This document shows positions 18,685 to 31,146 of a DNA stretch of 64,000 nucleotides, in pieces. The first letter of the stretch is position 1. Each line of letters starts with the position of its first letter. The notes beneath the pieces were generated by a model. It made no database searches. It had not been told where the DNA came from and saw only the letters and a list, made by a program, of their open reading frames with translations. The position numbers and the translations under genes are program-made. The stretch comes from Armatimonadia bacterium (lineage in GTDB: Bacteria > Armatimonadota > Zipacnadia > Zipacnadales > UBA11051), in assembly GCA_039683575.1 (NCBI GenBank), contig JBDKRC010000137.1:1-64000 (forward strand), given 5' to 3'.

Positions 18685-19380
18685 ATGACAAACCCCAAGC
18701 TGTGGCTGTGTATTGCGCTGACACTCTCGTGCGCGGCTTTGGCGGTGGCGCAAGACCAGCCGGTCACGACTGCCGCTAGCGTTAAGGCGCTCGAGGCGGC
18801 GGTCGCGGCGAAGGACCTCGCCACCGTCTATCAGCAGGCGCACGTGATCGTGGACGCCTCTGCGGCGCGAACAACGCCGGCGACGCCAGCGGACGAATAC
18901 GCGCTGGCCCTCGCCCAGTATTACCTCTCCGCCGAGCGCCTCCAGCAGGCCATGGCGAAGGGTCTCGACCCGGCGCAGATGCGGCGCGCCATCGCCACTC
19001 TGGCCACCATGGGCATCACCGCTCCCCCACCTGGCGTGCCGGATGTCAAGCTCATCAGGACCGGCGGCCAGGAGTTGGACATCAAGGAGTTCCTGGTCCC
19101 GGGCAAAACCACGATCGTGGACCTGTTCAGCGTCTACTGCGGCTGGTGTGTCAAGTACGCGCCAAAGCTGGCCGCTCTCGCGACGACCCGCCCCGATCTC
19201 GCTATCGTCGCCTTCGACCTCAACCGCCCCGAGGTCAAGCGGATAGATACCGCCTCGCCGTTCGGGAAGCAGTACAAAGTCGTCGGCGTTCCCCTGCTGA
19301 AGGCCTTCGGACCGGACGGCAACCTGATCTGCGAGGGCTCGGCCGTCCCCAAGCTGATCGGTGTGCCGATCAAGCCCTAG
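18685..19380 (+). CDS. Secreted thioredoxin-fold (TlpA-like) protein
   Basis: Signal peptide, helical N-domain, GKTTIVDLFSVYCGWC CxxC motif, GVP cis-Pro loop. Confidence 0.8.
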   Translation: MTNPKLWLCIALTLSCAALAVAQDQPVTTAASVKALEAAVAAKDLATVYQQAHVIVDASAARTTPATPADEYALALAQYYLSAERLQQAMAKGLDPAQMRRAIATLATMGITAPPPGVPDVKLIRTGGQELDIKEFLVPGKTTIVDLFSVYCGWCVKYAPKLAALATTRPDLAIVAFDLNRPEVKRIDTASPFGKQYKVVGVPLLKAFGPDGNLICEGSAVPKLIGVPIKP

Positions 19381-19435
19381 GCTTTCACGCGTATAAATCG
19401 GCTGGCGGCGAACTTGCCCCCTGTTAGTGTAGCCC

Positions 19436-20194
19436 ATGAAGATCGACAACGTCCTGCAATCACTACTCGACCTGATCTACCCTCCCCGCTGCGAGGTCTG
19501 CGGGGTGCTGGGGCCCTCGGCCCTGTGCGACACCTGCGCGAGCGACATGGTCTTGGTCGAAGCGCCGTACTGCCAGCGCTGTGGGTTGCTGCAGCCGGTC
19601 GGTACGCCCCAGTCCACCTGCCCGGACTGCCGTGACCATCGCCTGCACTACGACGCCGCACGCTGCGTCGGCCTGCATACCGGCAGCCTCCGCCGGGCTA
19701 TCCTGAACTTCAAGTTCGAGAACCGCCGACGGCTGCAGGAACCGCTGGGCGCGCTTCTGGCGCAGCGCATCGAAGAGGAGCCTGAGCTCCCGTTGCGGCA
19801 GGTTGACTGCCTCGTGCCGGTGCCGCTGCACAGCAGCCGGCGGGATTGGCGCGGCTTCGATCAGGCGCTGTACCTGGCGCGGGGGGTCGAGAAGCGGCTG
19901 GGGCTGCCCGTGCTGTCCGACGGGTTGATACGAACGCGCCCCACGACTCCGCAAGTGCAACTGAGCCCCACCCAGCGCCACGAGAACATCAAGGGCGCCT
20001 TCGCCGGACGCCCGTCGCTTCAGGGAAAGAAGATACTGCTGCTGGACGACGTCTTCACGACCGGTGCCACGGTCAACGAGGCGGCCAAGGCCGCCCGCCA
20101 GAGCGGAGCTACGCGCGTCTACGTGCTGACGATCAGCCGCCCGGCCCCGCCATGGCATCCCGCCGCGCTCGTGGGCCAGGTAGGCGACCAATGA
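19436..20194 (+). CDS. comF: ComF-family phosphoribosyltransferase-like protein with zinc ribbons
   Basis: YPPRCEVC, C..C repeats, VPVPLH..RGFDQ, LLLDDVFTTGAT. Confidence 0.92.
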   Translation: MKIDNVLQSLLDLIYPPRCEVCGVLGPSALCDTCASDMVLVEAPYCQRCGLLQPVGTPQSTCPDCRDHRLHYDAARCVGLHTGSLRRAILNFKFENRRRLQEPLGALLAQRIEEEPELPLRQVDCLVPVPLHSSRRDWRGFDQALYLARGVEKRLGLPVLSDGLIRTRPTTPQVQLSPTQRHENIKGAFAGRPSLQGKKILLLDDVFTTGATVNEAAKAARQSGATRVYVLTISRPAPPWHPAALVGQVGDQ

Positions 20195-20195
20195 C

Positions 20196-21452
20196 ATGCG
20201 ACACCTCTATGCCCTCATCATCCTGATGGTGCCCTCGGCGGTGTCCGCCCAGCACCTGCTCGTGCCCATGGACAAGGCGCAGACCGACCACCTGCGCGCC
20301 TATGGCCTCACCTACTGGTGCCTCCAGGCTCCGCGGGCGTACGAGTGCGAGTGGCTGCTGAACTACCGCGGCGGCAGCTTCCTCCTCCCTGACCTGCCCG
20401 ATGTCACCGCGAGGGCCCAGGTCCTCGGCGTGGCTGTGCAACCGCTCGATGCTGCCGCCCGCCACCGCCTCAACCAGACCATCGCCGATAACAACATGGA
20501 GCGGGTGCAACTCACCCGCGCACCCAAGATAGCGGTCTACGTCCCGCCCGACAACGAGCCGTGGGACGACGCGGTCCGCATGGCGCTCAACTACGCGCAG
20601 ATCGAATATCACACGCTGTGGGATCGCGAGGTATTATCGGGGAAGCTGTCCGACTATGAGTGGCTGCACCTGCACCACGAGGACTTCAGCGGGCAGTTCG
20701 GGCGCTTTCACACGAGCTTCAGCAATCAGCCGTGGTTCCGGCGGCAGGTGCAGAGTTCGACCGAGATGGCGAAGTCCTGCGGCTTCGCCTCGGTGGGCGC
20801 GCTCAAGCAAGCCGTCGCGGCGAAGATCGCCGACTGGACTCATCGCGGCGGCCTGCTCTTCGCCATGTGCAGCGCTCCCGACAGCCTCGACGTGGCGCTC
20901 GCAGCGCAGGGCCTGGACATTGTCCCCGCGGCCATTGATGGCACGCCGATGGACCCGAATGCCAACAGTAGGCTCAACTACGCGGTCACGATGGCCTTCC
21001 GCGACTTCAAGCTGGTCATGGACCCAAACGTGGTCGAGATCTCCGACATCGACGTCCAGCCGCCCGACACCAGCGTGGTGTCACAGGGCCAGACCTTTGA
21101 GCTCTTCGAGTTCTCAGCCAAACAGGACCCCATCGCGACGATGCTCACACAGGACCACGTCTCCCACGTGCCCGACTTCATGGGCCTGACCAGTGGCTTC
21201 CGCCGCAAGCTCCTCAAGGACAGCGCCATCGTGCTGGGGGACTTCCCGGGGACCGACCGCGTCAAGTACATCCACGGCGACTACGGGCAGGGGACGTACA
21301 CTTTCCTGGGGGGACACGATCCCGAGGATTTCGCGCACTTCGTAGGGGAGCCAGCCACCGACCTGACCTTCCACCCGCACTCGCCGGGCTACCGGCTGAT
21401 ACTCAACAACGTGCTCTTCCCGGCGGCAAAGACGAAACAGCGAAAGACGTGA
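20196..21452 (+). CDS. Conserved secreted GATase-like-fold protein of the family often auto-annotated asparagine synthetase B in Bacteroidota
   Basis: LVPMD..Q..HLRAYG, WLLNYRGGSF, PWDDAV, WLHLHHEDFSGQ, FAMCSA.DS.D, GGHDPED, SPGYRLILNNVLFPAAK; signal peptide; no AsnB motifs. Confidence 0.75.
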   Translation: MRHLYALIILMVPSAVSAQHLLVPMDKAQTDHLRAYGLTYWCLQAPRAYECEWLLNYRGGSFLLPDLPDVTARAQVLGVAVQPLDAAARHRLNQTIADNNMERVQLTRAPKIAVYVPPDNEPWDDAVRMALNYAQIEYHTLWDREVLSGKLSDYEWLHLHHEDFSGQFGRFHTSFSNQPWFRRQVQSSTEMAKSCGFASVGALKQAVAAKIADWTHRGGLLFAMCSAPDSLDVALAAQGLDIVPAAIDGTPMDPNANSRLNYAVTMAFRDFKLVMDPNVVEISDIDVQPPDTSVVSQGQTFELFEFSAKQDPIATMLTQDHVSHVPDFMGLTSGFRRKLLKDSAIVLGDFPGTDRVKYIHGDYGQGTYTFLGGHDPEDFAHFVGEPATDLTFHPHSPGYRLILNNVLFPAAKTKQRKT

Positions 21453-21458
21453 GTGAGG

Positions 21459-21526
21459 CAGGGGTCAGGTTTCAGGTTTCAGGGATCAGGGACGGGGTCA
21501 GGGGTCAGGGGTCAGGGGTCAGGGAC
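21459..21526. repeat. Heptamer tandem repeat (CAGGKNY) x9-10
   Basis: CAGGGGT CAGGTTT CAGGTTT CAGGGAT CAGGGAC GGGGT CAGGGGT x3 CAGGGAC. Confidence 0.9.
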
Positions 21527-21542
21527 GGCCTGCGTACAAGGT

Positions 21543-21626
21543 TGTCATCCTGAACGAAGTGAAGGATCTCGGGGCTGGGTGGGGGCCGGAGATTCTTCGT
21601 CGCAAACGACGCTCATCAGAATGACA
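21543..21626. repeat. Palindromic MITE/REP-like element (TGTCATCCTGA...TCAGAATGACA)
   Basis: Terminal inverted repeats 21543-21553 and 21616-21626; inner pair GAAGGATCTC / GAGATTCTTC. Confidence 0.8.
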
Positions 21627-21673
21627 CGCGTGTTGGGGGGGCGTCGGGGGCGGTGCCCCCCAAATGGCAGGGA

Positions 21674-24088
21674 TCAGGTAGGGCGGCGCTTGCCGGCCGT
21701 GCGCTTCAGTCGCAACGAATTGCTCACCACCGAAACGCTGCTCGCAGCCATGGCCCCCGCGGCGATCATGGGATTGAGCACACCGGCAATCGCCAGCGGT
21801 ATCGCCGCCACGTTGTAGAAGAACGCGAAGAACAGGTTCTGCTTGATGTGCCGCAAGGTCGCGCGACTGATCTGGATCGCCCGCACGACCGCCAGCGGAT
21901 CGCCGCTCACCAGCGTGATGTCCCCCGCCTCAATCGCCACATCCGTACCCGTTCCGAGCGCGATCCCCACATCCGACTGCGCCAGCGCCGGGGCGTCGTT
22001 GATGCCATCCCCCACCATCGCCACCCGTAGCCCCTGCGCCTGCAGCGCCTTCACCCGCTCCGCCTTCTGGTCGGGCAGCACCTGCGCCAGCACCTCGTCG
22101 ATCCCCACCTGCGCCGCGATAGCCCGCGCCGTCTGCTCGTTATCGCCGGTCAGCAGGTACAGCCGCAGCCCCATGCGACGCAATCGCCCCACGGCCTCGG
22201 CCGCTGTCGGCTTGATCGTGTCCGCCAGGGCAAGCATCCCCGCCGGCCTGCCCTCCACGGCCACCAGCAGCACAGTTTTCCCCTGCTGCTGAAGCGCCGC
22301 GTAGTCCAGCCCCTGCACCGCAACGCCCGTCTCCTCCAGGTAGCCGGCCGTGCCAACCAGCACCTGTTGCCCCTCGACCTGCGCCTGCACGCCCTTCCCC
22401 GTCACCGCCGCGAACCCCACCGCCTCCGGCAACTCAAGCCCCCTCTCCCCCGCCCGCTTGACCACTGCCTGCCCCAGCGGGTGCTCCGACCCCTGCTCCA
22501 CCGCCGCCACCAGTCGCAGCAGCGCGCTCTCATCACCGTCCACGGCCACAACATCCGTCACCTCGGGCTCACCCTTGGTCAACGTCCCTGTCTTGTCGAA
22601 GATGATCGCCTGCAGCGCCCCCACGGCCTCCAACGCCGCCGCTTCACGGATCAGCACGCCCTGCTCAGCGCCCAGCCCGGTGCCGACCATCACCGCGGTC
22701 GGCGTGGCCAGACCCAGCGCACACGGGCACGCGATGACCAGCACCGAAACGGCATTCACGAGCGCACGACTGTACTCCACGTGTCCCACGAACAACCAGC
22801 CGAGGAAGGTCAGCAGCGCAATCCCGATGATGACCGGCACAAAGATGCCCGCGATCACATCCGCCAGCCGCTGGATCGGTGGCTTGGTCGCCTGCGCCTG
22901 CTGCACCAGCCGCACGATCTCCTGCAGCACCGTATCGCGTCCCACCCGCGTCGCCCGGAACTGAAAGCTCCCGCTGCGGTTGATCGTCCCACCGATGACC
23001 TCACTCTCCGGCCGCTTCTCCACCGGCAGGCTCTCACCGGTCAGCATCGACTCATCAACGACAGACTCGCCCTGCGTCACGGTACCGTCCACCGGCAGCT
23101 TCTCCCCCGGCCGGATGATGACGATGTCATCCACCACGATCTGCTCGATCGGCAGGGACACTTCCTGCCCGTCGCGCAGCACCGCCGCCTCGCGTGGAGC
23201 CAGTTCCAGCAGCCGCCGTACCGCCTCCGACGTTCGGCCCCGCGCCCGCGCCTCCAAATACCGCCCCAGCGTGATCAGCGTGAGAATCATTGCCGCCGAA
23301 TCATAGTAGAGCCCGTATTCATGGGGACCGACCATGTGCGTGTGCAGCCCAGGCAACGGCTTGAGGGTATGATACAGGCTGAGCAGGTATGCCGCCGTCG
23401 AACCCATCGCGATCAGCACGTCCATGTTCGCCGAACCATGCCGCAGCGCGTTCCACGAATTACGGTAGTACTGCCAGCCGAGCAGCAACTGCACCGGCGT
23501 CGCGAGCACCGGCAGCAGAATCCACCAGTACCACATCGGCCACATGCTGAAGATCATCAGCGGGACAGACACGATGGCGCCAAACAAAAAGAGCCGCCAC
23601 TGGTGGCGACTCTCTGCTTCACGCTCCCGTTGGCGCTCATCGGGCTCGACCTCCCCCGCGACTTCCGCCTCATATCCCGCCGACTGCACGGCCACAAGCA
23701 GTTCAGGCACACTCACTCGGGCCGGATCGAAGCTCACCTCAGCGCGCTCGCTCGCGAGGTTCACCGTGACATCATTTACCCCGTCCACTTTCTGCAGCGC
23801 CTGCTCGACGCGGTTCACGCAGGCGGCGCAGTGCAGGCCCTTGACCGCCAGCGAGATCCTGCGCCCCAGGGCTACAGCCACGGACGCCTCATAGCCCGAA
23901 GCCTCGACTGCGCTGATCAGCCTCTCCGTCGGCAGTTCGTCCACCAGCCGCACCGTGGCGGTCTCGTCCCCGAGGTTCACAACCGCCTCAGTAACCCCGT
24001 CCACGCCCCGCAGTGCTTTCTCCACCCGCGCCACGCACGCGGCACAATGCATGCCCTTGATGTCCAGGCGGGTCGTTTTCTCTGCCAT
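21674..24088 (-). CDS. copA: Cu(I)-translocating P1B-type ATPase
   Basis: Two HMA domains (HCAAC), TGES, CPC, DKTGT, SEHP, GDGIND, YN and MAASS motifs. Confidence 0.95.
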   Translation of the reverse strand: MAEKTTRLDIKGMHCAACVARVEKALRGVDGVTEAVVNLGDETATVRLVDELPTERLISAVEASGYEASVAVALGRRISLAVKGLHCAACVNRVEQALQKVDGVNDVTVNLASERAEVSFDPARVSVPELLVAVQSAGYEAEVAGEVEPDERQREREAESRHQWRLFLFGAIVSVPLMIFSMWPMWYWWILLPVLATPVQLLLGWQYYRNSWNALRHGSANMDVLIAMGSTAAYLLSLYHTLKPLPGLHTHMVGPHEYGLYYDSAAMILTLITLGRYLEARARGRTSEAVRRLLELAPREAAVLRDGQEVSLPIEQIVVDDIVIIRPGEKLPVDGTVTQGESVVDESMLTGESLPVEKRPESEVIGGTINRSGSFQFRATRVGRDTVLQEIVRLVQQAQATKPPIQRLADVIAGIFVPVIIGIALLTFLGWLFVGHVEYSRALVNAVSVLVIACPCALGLATPTAVMVGTGLGAEQGVLIREAAALEAVGALQAIIFDKTGTLTKGEPEVTDVVAVDGDESALLRLVAAVEQGSEHPLGQAVVKRAGERGLELPEAVGFAAVTGKGVQAQVEGQQVLVGTAGYLEETGVAVQGLDYAALQQQGKTVLLVAVEGRPAGMLALADTIKPTAAEAVGRLRRMGLRLYLLTGDNEQTARAIAAQVGIDEVLAQVLPDQKAERVKALQAQGLRVAMVGDGINDAPALAQSDVGIALGTGTDVAIEAGDITLVSGDPLAVVRAIQISRATLRHIKQNLFFAFFYNVAAIPLAIAGVLNPMIAAGAMAASSVSVVSNSLRLKRTAGKRRPT

Positions 24089-24109
24089 TCAGGGCCTCAC
24101 AAGGTGGCA

Positions 24110-24340
24110 CTATTTCGCATGCTGGGCGATCCGCGCCTCGTAGCCGGCCTTCTCTACCGCTCTGGTCAGGTCTTCCTCGATCACCCACTTCTCCGCCGTC
24201 ACCATTGCCCACTGCGAATCCAGGTCCACTGTCGCCTTCCTGACCCCGGAGACGCTCTTCAAGGCCTGTTCCACGGTGTTGGCGCAGTGCGTGCACGACA
24301 TGCCGTGGATCTCTATCTCAATTGTCACCAGATTCTCCAT
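24110..24340 (-). CDS. copZ: Copper chaperone (HMA domain)
   Basis: GMSCTHC; start moved to ATG 24340 after GGAGG. Confidence 0.88.
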   Translation of the reverse strand: MENLVTIEIEIHGMSCTHCANTVEQALKSVSGVRKATVDLDSQWAMVTAEKWVIEEDLTRAVEKAGYEARIAQHAK

Positions 24341-24659
24341 CTGTATCCTCCACATGCTCTGGTTCCGCCGCTGGTTTGCCTTTGACGGTCTGGCGGCATT
24401 CCTCATAGACGTCTTTCGGCACCAGTTTGAGCGATAGATAGACCAGCAGCGGGAGGATTATGACATCATCGAGCAGGCCAAGCACCGGAATCCAGTCTGG
24501 TATCAGGTCAAAGGGCATCATGGCATAGCCAATCGCCAGTAGCAGCAGCCACCTCGCGATCCGCGGCGTGCGCGGATGGCAGGCCACGAGCCGGTACAGT
24601 TGCACCTGCCGCTTGAACCCGCGTCCCAACTCTCGCAGTCGCTGCGTCACGCGTGCCAT
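24318..24659 (-). CDS. DUF1232/YkvA-family membrane protein
   Basis: HPRTP..AR, Y..PFDLIPDWIPVLGLLDD motif. Confidence 0.88.
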   Translation of the reverse strand: MARVTQRLRELGRGFKRQVQLYRLVACHPRTPRIARWLLLLAIGYAMMPFDLIPDWIPVLGLLDDVIILPLLVYLSLKLVPKDVYEECRQTVKGKPAAEPEHVEDTDGESGDN

Positions 24660-24746
24660 GGTTTCTGCCTTCGCCGTTGTCCGTCTGAACCCTCCGCGCC
24701 CGTAGCGCGTATGAACCACTGGACAACCTGGCGAGGAGGAATGAGG

Positions 24747-25211
24747 ATGTTACCCAAGACCACAACTCGGGTGCAGGAGAACACCGCGCCCGAGATCAAC
24801 GAGCGCATCCAGCAGGAGATCCGAGATAACGTGCGCATGTACTCGTGCGCTTGCCCGGAGTTGATCGAGAGGCGGCTGCAGGAACTGGACGCCGAGTGGG
24901 ATATCGAGCGAACACTGGAAGCCGGCGCCGGAGCCGTTGGCTTCACCAGCCTTTTGCTCGGCCTGACCGGGAAGCGTGCCTTCCTGGCTCTGCCGGTGCT
25001 CATCACCGGGTTCCTACTGGTGCATGCCGTGCAGGGCTGGTGCCCGCCGCTGCTATTCCTCCGCCATCTGGGTGTTCGCACCCCCGGCGAGATTGAGCAG
25101 GAGCGTCAGGCGCTCAAGGCCTTGCGCGGGGACTACAAGGGCTTGAAGCCTGTCGGCGAGTGCCACTGCATGGAGGACGTCTCCGCCTATGTTGAGGCCG
25201 CCCAACGCTAG
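24747..25211 (+). CDS. DUF2892/YgaP-like membrane protein
   Basis: RLQELDAEWDIERTLE, HAVQGWCPP, GVRT..EIEQER.ALKALRGD; RBS GAGGAGG. Confidence 0.75.
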   Translation: MLPKTTTRVQENTAPEINERIQQEIRDNVRMYSCACPELIERRLQELDAEWDIERTLEAGAGAVGFTSLLLGLTGKRAFLALPVLITGFLLVHAVQGWCPPLLFLRHLGVRTPGEIEQERQALKALRGDYKGLKPVGECHCMEDVSAYVEAAQR

Positions 25212-25224
25212 TGTCAGAACCATA

Positions 25225-25252
25225 CATGGGAGGGGCAGCCGCCCCTCCCATG
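25225..25252. terminator. Hairpin between convergent genes
   Basis: CATGGGAGGGGC-agcc-GCCCCTCCCATG perfect 12-bp stem. Confidence 0.7.
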
Positions 25253-25276
25253 GTGTTGTCCGTTGATTGTCCGTCG

Positions 25277-27781
<2,505 letters not shown>

Positions 27782-27791
27782 ATGTCATCAC

Positions 27792-28466
27792 TCAGTTGAT
27801 TATTCTCGGTCTCCTCCCGCCAAAGCCACCGCGCGACTGGAGCAGGACCATACGTGCCACCATCACGGCCATGGCAAAGACCAGGAGGTTGATAACTACT
27901 TGGTGCTTTTCCTGAAGCCACGGCAACGGCCACAGGATCAGGCTCAGCGCGATCCAGACCAGGGCTGCTACTGCCAGTACCTGTCGTCGGGGGAAACACA
28001 CCCTCGTCCGATGCAACCACTGCGCAAGCTCAACGCCACGCCATAGCAGGCCGATGCTTATACCGATACCTATAGCTCCAGTCAGGCGTGCTGAGTGCTC
28101 GCTGGCGCCCATCAGGTACGTAAACGCGCCCCCGATGAGCATCACGCTCGCCTTCAGAAGCCAATACCACTGAGCCACGGCCCGCACCGGCTGGGGGACC
28201 TCGATGTGCTCCTGTGCGCGCAAGATCTCCGCTGCCTCGTCCGCGCCGTCCGGGGAGGTCCAGACCACTATCGGCAGCACCCCGGGCACGCCCACCTTCA
28301 ACACCGCCGTCTGCGGCTCAAGAGGGACCCGCATTGCCGGCAATCCCGCACCTTTCAAAGTACACACCGCCAGATCGGCCTCAAGCTCCTGAAACAGCCC
28401 GTGGTAGCTGGCTACTGGAACCCACTGGCTGGGTAGACCGGGCGTCATGGCTTGCTCGGCGCTCAT
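27792..28466 (-). CDS. DUF2007-like domain fused to about four transmembrane helices
   Basis: WVPV..LEADLAVCTLKGAGLPAMR...V....ADEAAEIL followed by hydrophobic segments. Confidence 0.65.
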   Translation of the reverse strand: MSAEQAMTPGLPSQWVPVASYHGLFQELEADLAVCTLKGAGLPAMRVPLEPQTAVLKVGVPGVLPIVVWTSPDGADEAAEILRAQEHIEVPQPVRAVAQWYWLLKASVMLIGGAFTYLMGASEHSARLTGAIGIGISIGLLWRGVELAQWLHRTRVCFPRRQVLAVAALVWIALSLILWPLPWLQEKHQVVINLLVFAMAVMVARMVLLQSRGGFGGRRPRIIN

Positions 28467-28496
28467 CGGAGCACCCCCTGCGCGACAGATGCACAC

Positions 28497-28724
28497 CTAC
28501 TCCTTTAGCAACTCCGCCGCCTCTTCCGCCCGGTCCGGCGGCACCAGCACCCTGATCGTCTCAGGGAATTGGGCGAAAGTGGACTGCATCACCGGGAACC
28601 GCACCACTGGAATCCCTGCCCCCTCAAGGAAGCTGACGCATGCGTTCGCGGCGCCGTCCGTCCCGAAGTCCGCCACCACCACCCAATCGTCATTCCTGGT
28701 GCGCGGTGATGTCGATTTCGGCAT
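28497..28724 (-). CDS. Small DUF2007-like (putative signal-transducing) protein
   Basis: WVVV...A...SFLEGAGIPVVR...IRVLVPPDRAEEAAELL; AAGGAG upstream of ATG. Confidence 0.75.
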   Translation of the reverse strand: MPKSTSPRTRNDDWVVVADFGTDGAANACVSFLEGAGIPVVRFPVMQSTFAQFPETIRVLVPPDRAEEAAELLKE

Positions 28725-28959
28725 CGCTCAGCAGCTCCTTGGCGTCGGCTTCCCGGTCCGGCGGCACGAGCACCTTCACCGGCATCATCGGCCCGCCGAA
28801 CCCGTCGAACACCACGGGCGCCCCAGACGGTGGGATGCGAACCACCGGAATGGCACTGCCCTCAAGCAGCGATACAACCAGGTCGGCCTCAATATCAGCC
28901 TCATGCCCCGCGCGGTGCCACACCACGACCCAATCCTCAGTCCGAGCTTCATCCGCCAT
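28690..28959 (-). CDS. Small DUF2007-like protein
   Basis: WVVV...IEADLVVSLLEGSAIPVVR...VKVLVPPDREADAKELL; GGAGG RBS. Confidence 0.8.
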   Translation of the reverse strand: MADEARTEDWVVVWHRAGHEADIEADLVVSLLEGSAIPVVRIPPSGAPVVFDGFGGPMMPVKVLVPPDREADAKELLSDAEIDITAHQE

Positions 28960-28977
28960 GTCGGGCCTCCTCTGCGC

Positions 28978-29343
28978 TTACTCGTCCTCCGCCTGGATTC
29001 TGATCTCCACCCGTTGCCGCTCAGGTGCTGCCTTGAGCCGCAGGGGACCATGGTCCCTCTCATATTTCAGACGCTCGATCTGCCCCTGCAGGTCTGCGAT
29101 CTGGTCCAGCAGCTTCAGCACCACATCCACGCCTGCTAGATTGACGCCCAGCTCCTGCGTCAGCCGCTGAATCTGTCGCAGCCGCTCGATGTCGCGCTCC
29201 GAGTACAGCCGCAAGCCCTGAGGCGTCCTCCGTGGCTGCACGAGCCCCGCGCGCTCATACATCCGCAAGGTCTGCGGGTGCGCCGAAATCAGCCGCGCCG
29301 CAATGCTTATGTAGTAGACCGGTTCGTCTTGAGTATGCTTCAT
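28978..29343 (-). CDS. hspR: MerR-family heat-shock repressor
   Basis: PVYYISIAARL..HPQTLRMYER.GLV.PRRT..RLYS..DIERLR.IQRLTQELGVNLAG; directly after dnaJ. Confidence 0.92.
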   Translation of the reverse strand: MKHTQDEPVYYISIAARLISAHPQTLRMYERAGLVQPRRTPQGLRLYSERDIERLRQIQRLTQELGVNLAGVDVVLKLLDQIADLQGQIERLKYERDHGPLRLKAAPERQRVEIRIQAEDE

Positions 29344-29391
29344 CTATGTCATCCTCCGCCAAGTGACGGAACAATCAACTCTCGAACTCAT

Positions 29392-29477
29392 CTGTACGAG
29401 CGATCACTGATCGCGACGCCTGCCGCTATCCGTCGCTGGCCCCACCCACTGATCGCGACCGGTGATCGCTCGTACAG
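29392..29477. repeat. REPIN-like element with perfect 16-bp terminal inverted repeats
   Basis: CTGTACGAGCGATCAC (29392-29407) / GTGATCGCTCGTACAG (29462-29477); internal direct repeat CACTGATCGCGAC. Confidence 0.8.
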
Positions 29478-29492
29478 GGAGGGGCAAGTGGG

Positions 29493-30608
29493 CTACTCCA
29501 ATCCCTCCCGCACGTCCTCCTCCCAGGTCTGCCCAAACTCTTCCAGCAGTTCCTTCTGCCGCTTGTTCAGCTTCTTGGGCGCCACCAGGTACACCTCGAC
29601 GTACTGGTCTCCCCTGTCCTGGCCGCCCAGTTTCGGCGCGCCCTGCCCGCGCAGGCGGAACCGTTGCCCGCTCTGCGTCCCGGCCGGGATGCTCAGCGAC
29701 ACCTTGCCATGCACCGTCGGCACGCTAATCTTCGCCCCCAGCGCCGCTTCCACGAAGCTGACCGGAATCTTCACATGGATGTCGTCGCCCTCGCGCTCAA
29801 ACAACTTGTGTGGGTGAACGCGAATTGACATGATCAGATCACCATCCGGTCCTCCGCGCGCGCCTTTGCCGCCCTCTCCTGCCAGCCTGATCTTGCTGCC
29901 CGTGGTCACCCCCGGCGGGATCTTCACATTGATCCGCCGGTTGCGCACCACTTCCCCACCTCCGGCGCACTTCGCGCAGCGGCTCTTGATCTGCTGACCT
30001 GTCCCCTGGCACGACGGGCAAGCCTGCCCCATGCCAAAGAACCCGCCCTCGGTCACGCCCTGGCCCCGGCACGCGGTGCAAGTCGCCACCTGCCCGCCGA
30101 CGCCGCCACAATCCGGACAGCGGTCGGCAATACTCAGCGACAGGCCCTTCTGCGCCCCGGTGATCGCTTCCATGAAATCTACAGCGATCTCATGAGTGAT
30201 ATCCTGACCACGCTCCGGCCCCGTGCGCGTCCCGGCCCGTGCGCGTCCCACGCCACCGCCTTGCCCGGTGCGCATCTGCCCGAACAGGTCCCCAAACAGG
30301 TCTGCAAAGCTCCCCGCGCCATGCTGCTGGTAGACGAAGTTGCCAAAGTCCCCGCCCTGCCACTGCCCGGTCTGCTGGGCCTGCTGCCACTCCTGACCAT
30401 ACTGGTCATACTTCGCGCGCTTCTCAGAGTCGCTCAGCACCTCATAGGCCTGGCTGATACGCTTGAACCGCTCCTCGGCCTCAGCATTACCAGGATTCAC
30501 GTCCGGGTGATGCTTCCGCGCCAGCTTGCGGTAAGCACTCTTAATCTCTTTATCCGAGGCCCCCCGGCTAACGCCGAGCACCTCGTAAAAATCTGGTTCT
30601 TTGGCCAT
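29493..30608 (-). CDS. dnaJ: Chaperone DnaJ
   Basis: HPD J-domain, G/F region, four CxxCxGxG repeats, C-terminal domain. Confidence 0.95.
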   Translation of the reverse strand: MAKEPDFYEVLGVSRGASDKEIKSAYRKLARKHHPDVNPGNAEAEERFKRISQAYEVLSDSEKRAKYDQYGQEWQQAQQTGQWQGGDFGNFVYQQHGAGSFADLFGDLFGQMRTGQGGGVGRARAGTRTGPERGQDITHEIAVDFMEAITGAQKGLSLSIADRCPDCGGVGGQVATCTACRGQGVTEGGFFGMGQACPSCQGTGQQIKSRCAKCAGGGEVVRNRRINVKIPPGVTTGSKIRLAGEGGKGARGGPDGDLIMSIRVHPHKLFEREGDDIHVKIPVSFVEAALGAKISVPTVHGKVSLSIPAGTQSGQRFRLRGQGAPKLGGQDRGDQYVEVYLVAPKKLNKRQKELLEEFGQTWEEDVREGLE

Positions 30609-30616
30609 GTCTGCCT

Positions 30617-31126
30617 TCAGTAAAGTGTCATCCCGCCGGCTACTCCGAGGTGCTTGCGCAGTGATTTGTAGTGCTGCGAATCCGCTGTCCTAAGAACCTC
30701 TTTCAGGGCGTCTTCACTACCACTCAGGAATGTGTTGACTTCCTGCTCCACCTTGTCGCGGTCAAACGTGGGACGGGCTAGAGCATCATCGATTGCAGCA
30801 CACATCTGGGCAATTGTAGCGTCGGTAATGCCTGCTTGCTTCGCCGTGCTGCGGTAGGCCGGCCACTCAAAATCGGGTATTTGTGACTTGTGGCGAAGGT
30901 AATCCCGCAGTGTCGCGTGTGTCTGAAGAGTTGCCCGCAGTGTATTCGCCTGGTGCACCGACTGTGCAGTCTCTTCAAGGTCAATCTGCTGCTTAACGAG
31001 GCGATTCTGCTCCCGCATCTCTTCCACTTGCTCCGCAGAGTGCCGAGCCTGTTTTGATGTGGCCAGCCATGAAAGAAGTGCGAAGCCAGCGCTGAATATG
31101 CTGATAACCAAGGCAGCGGTAGCCAT
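30617..31126 (-). CDS. Hypothetical protein with N-terminal membrane anchor and coiled coil
   Basis: AGGAGG RBS, hydrophobic N-terminus, more A/T-ending codons than its neighbours. Confidence 0.65.
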   Translation of the reverse strand: MATAALVISIFSAGFALLSWLATSKQARHSAEQVEEMREQNRLVKQQIDLEETAQSVHQANTLRATLQTHATLRDYLRHKSQIPDFEWPAYRSTAKQAGITDATIAQMCAAIDDALARPTFDRDKVEQEVNTFLSGSEDALKEVLRTADSQHYKSLRKHLGVAGGMTLY

Positions 31127-31146
31127 GTTCCCCTCCTAAGTTGTCG

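Noticed and set aside
21459-21526. CRISPR array
   Set aside because: 7-bp units without unique spacers; no cas genes in the window.
21453-21818. 121-aa ORF over the repeat patch
   Set aside because: Translation of the repeats (QGSG, CHPERSEGS), and it overlaps the copA 3' end.
28690-28724. Frameshift fusing the two small DUF2007-like ORFs
   Set aside because: The downstream ORF has its own AAGGAG and ATG within the 35-bp overlap, so two genes is the simpler reading.
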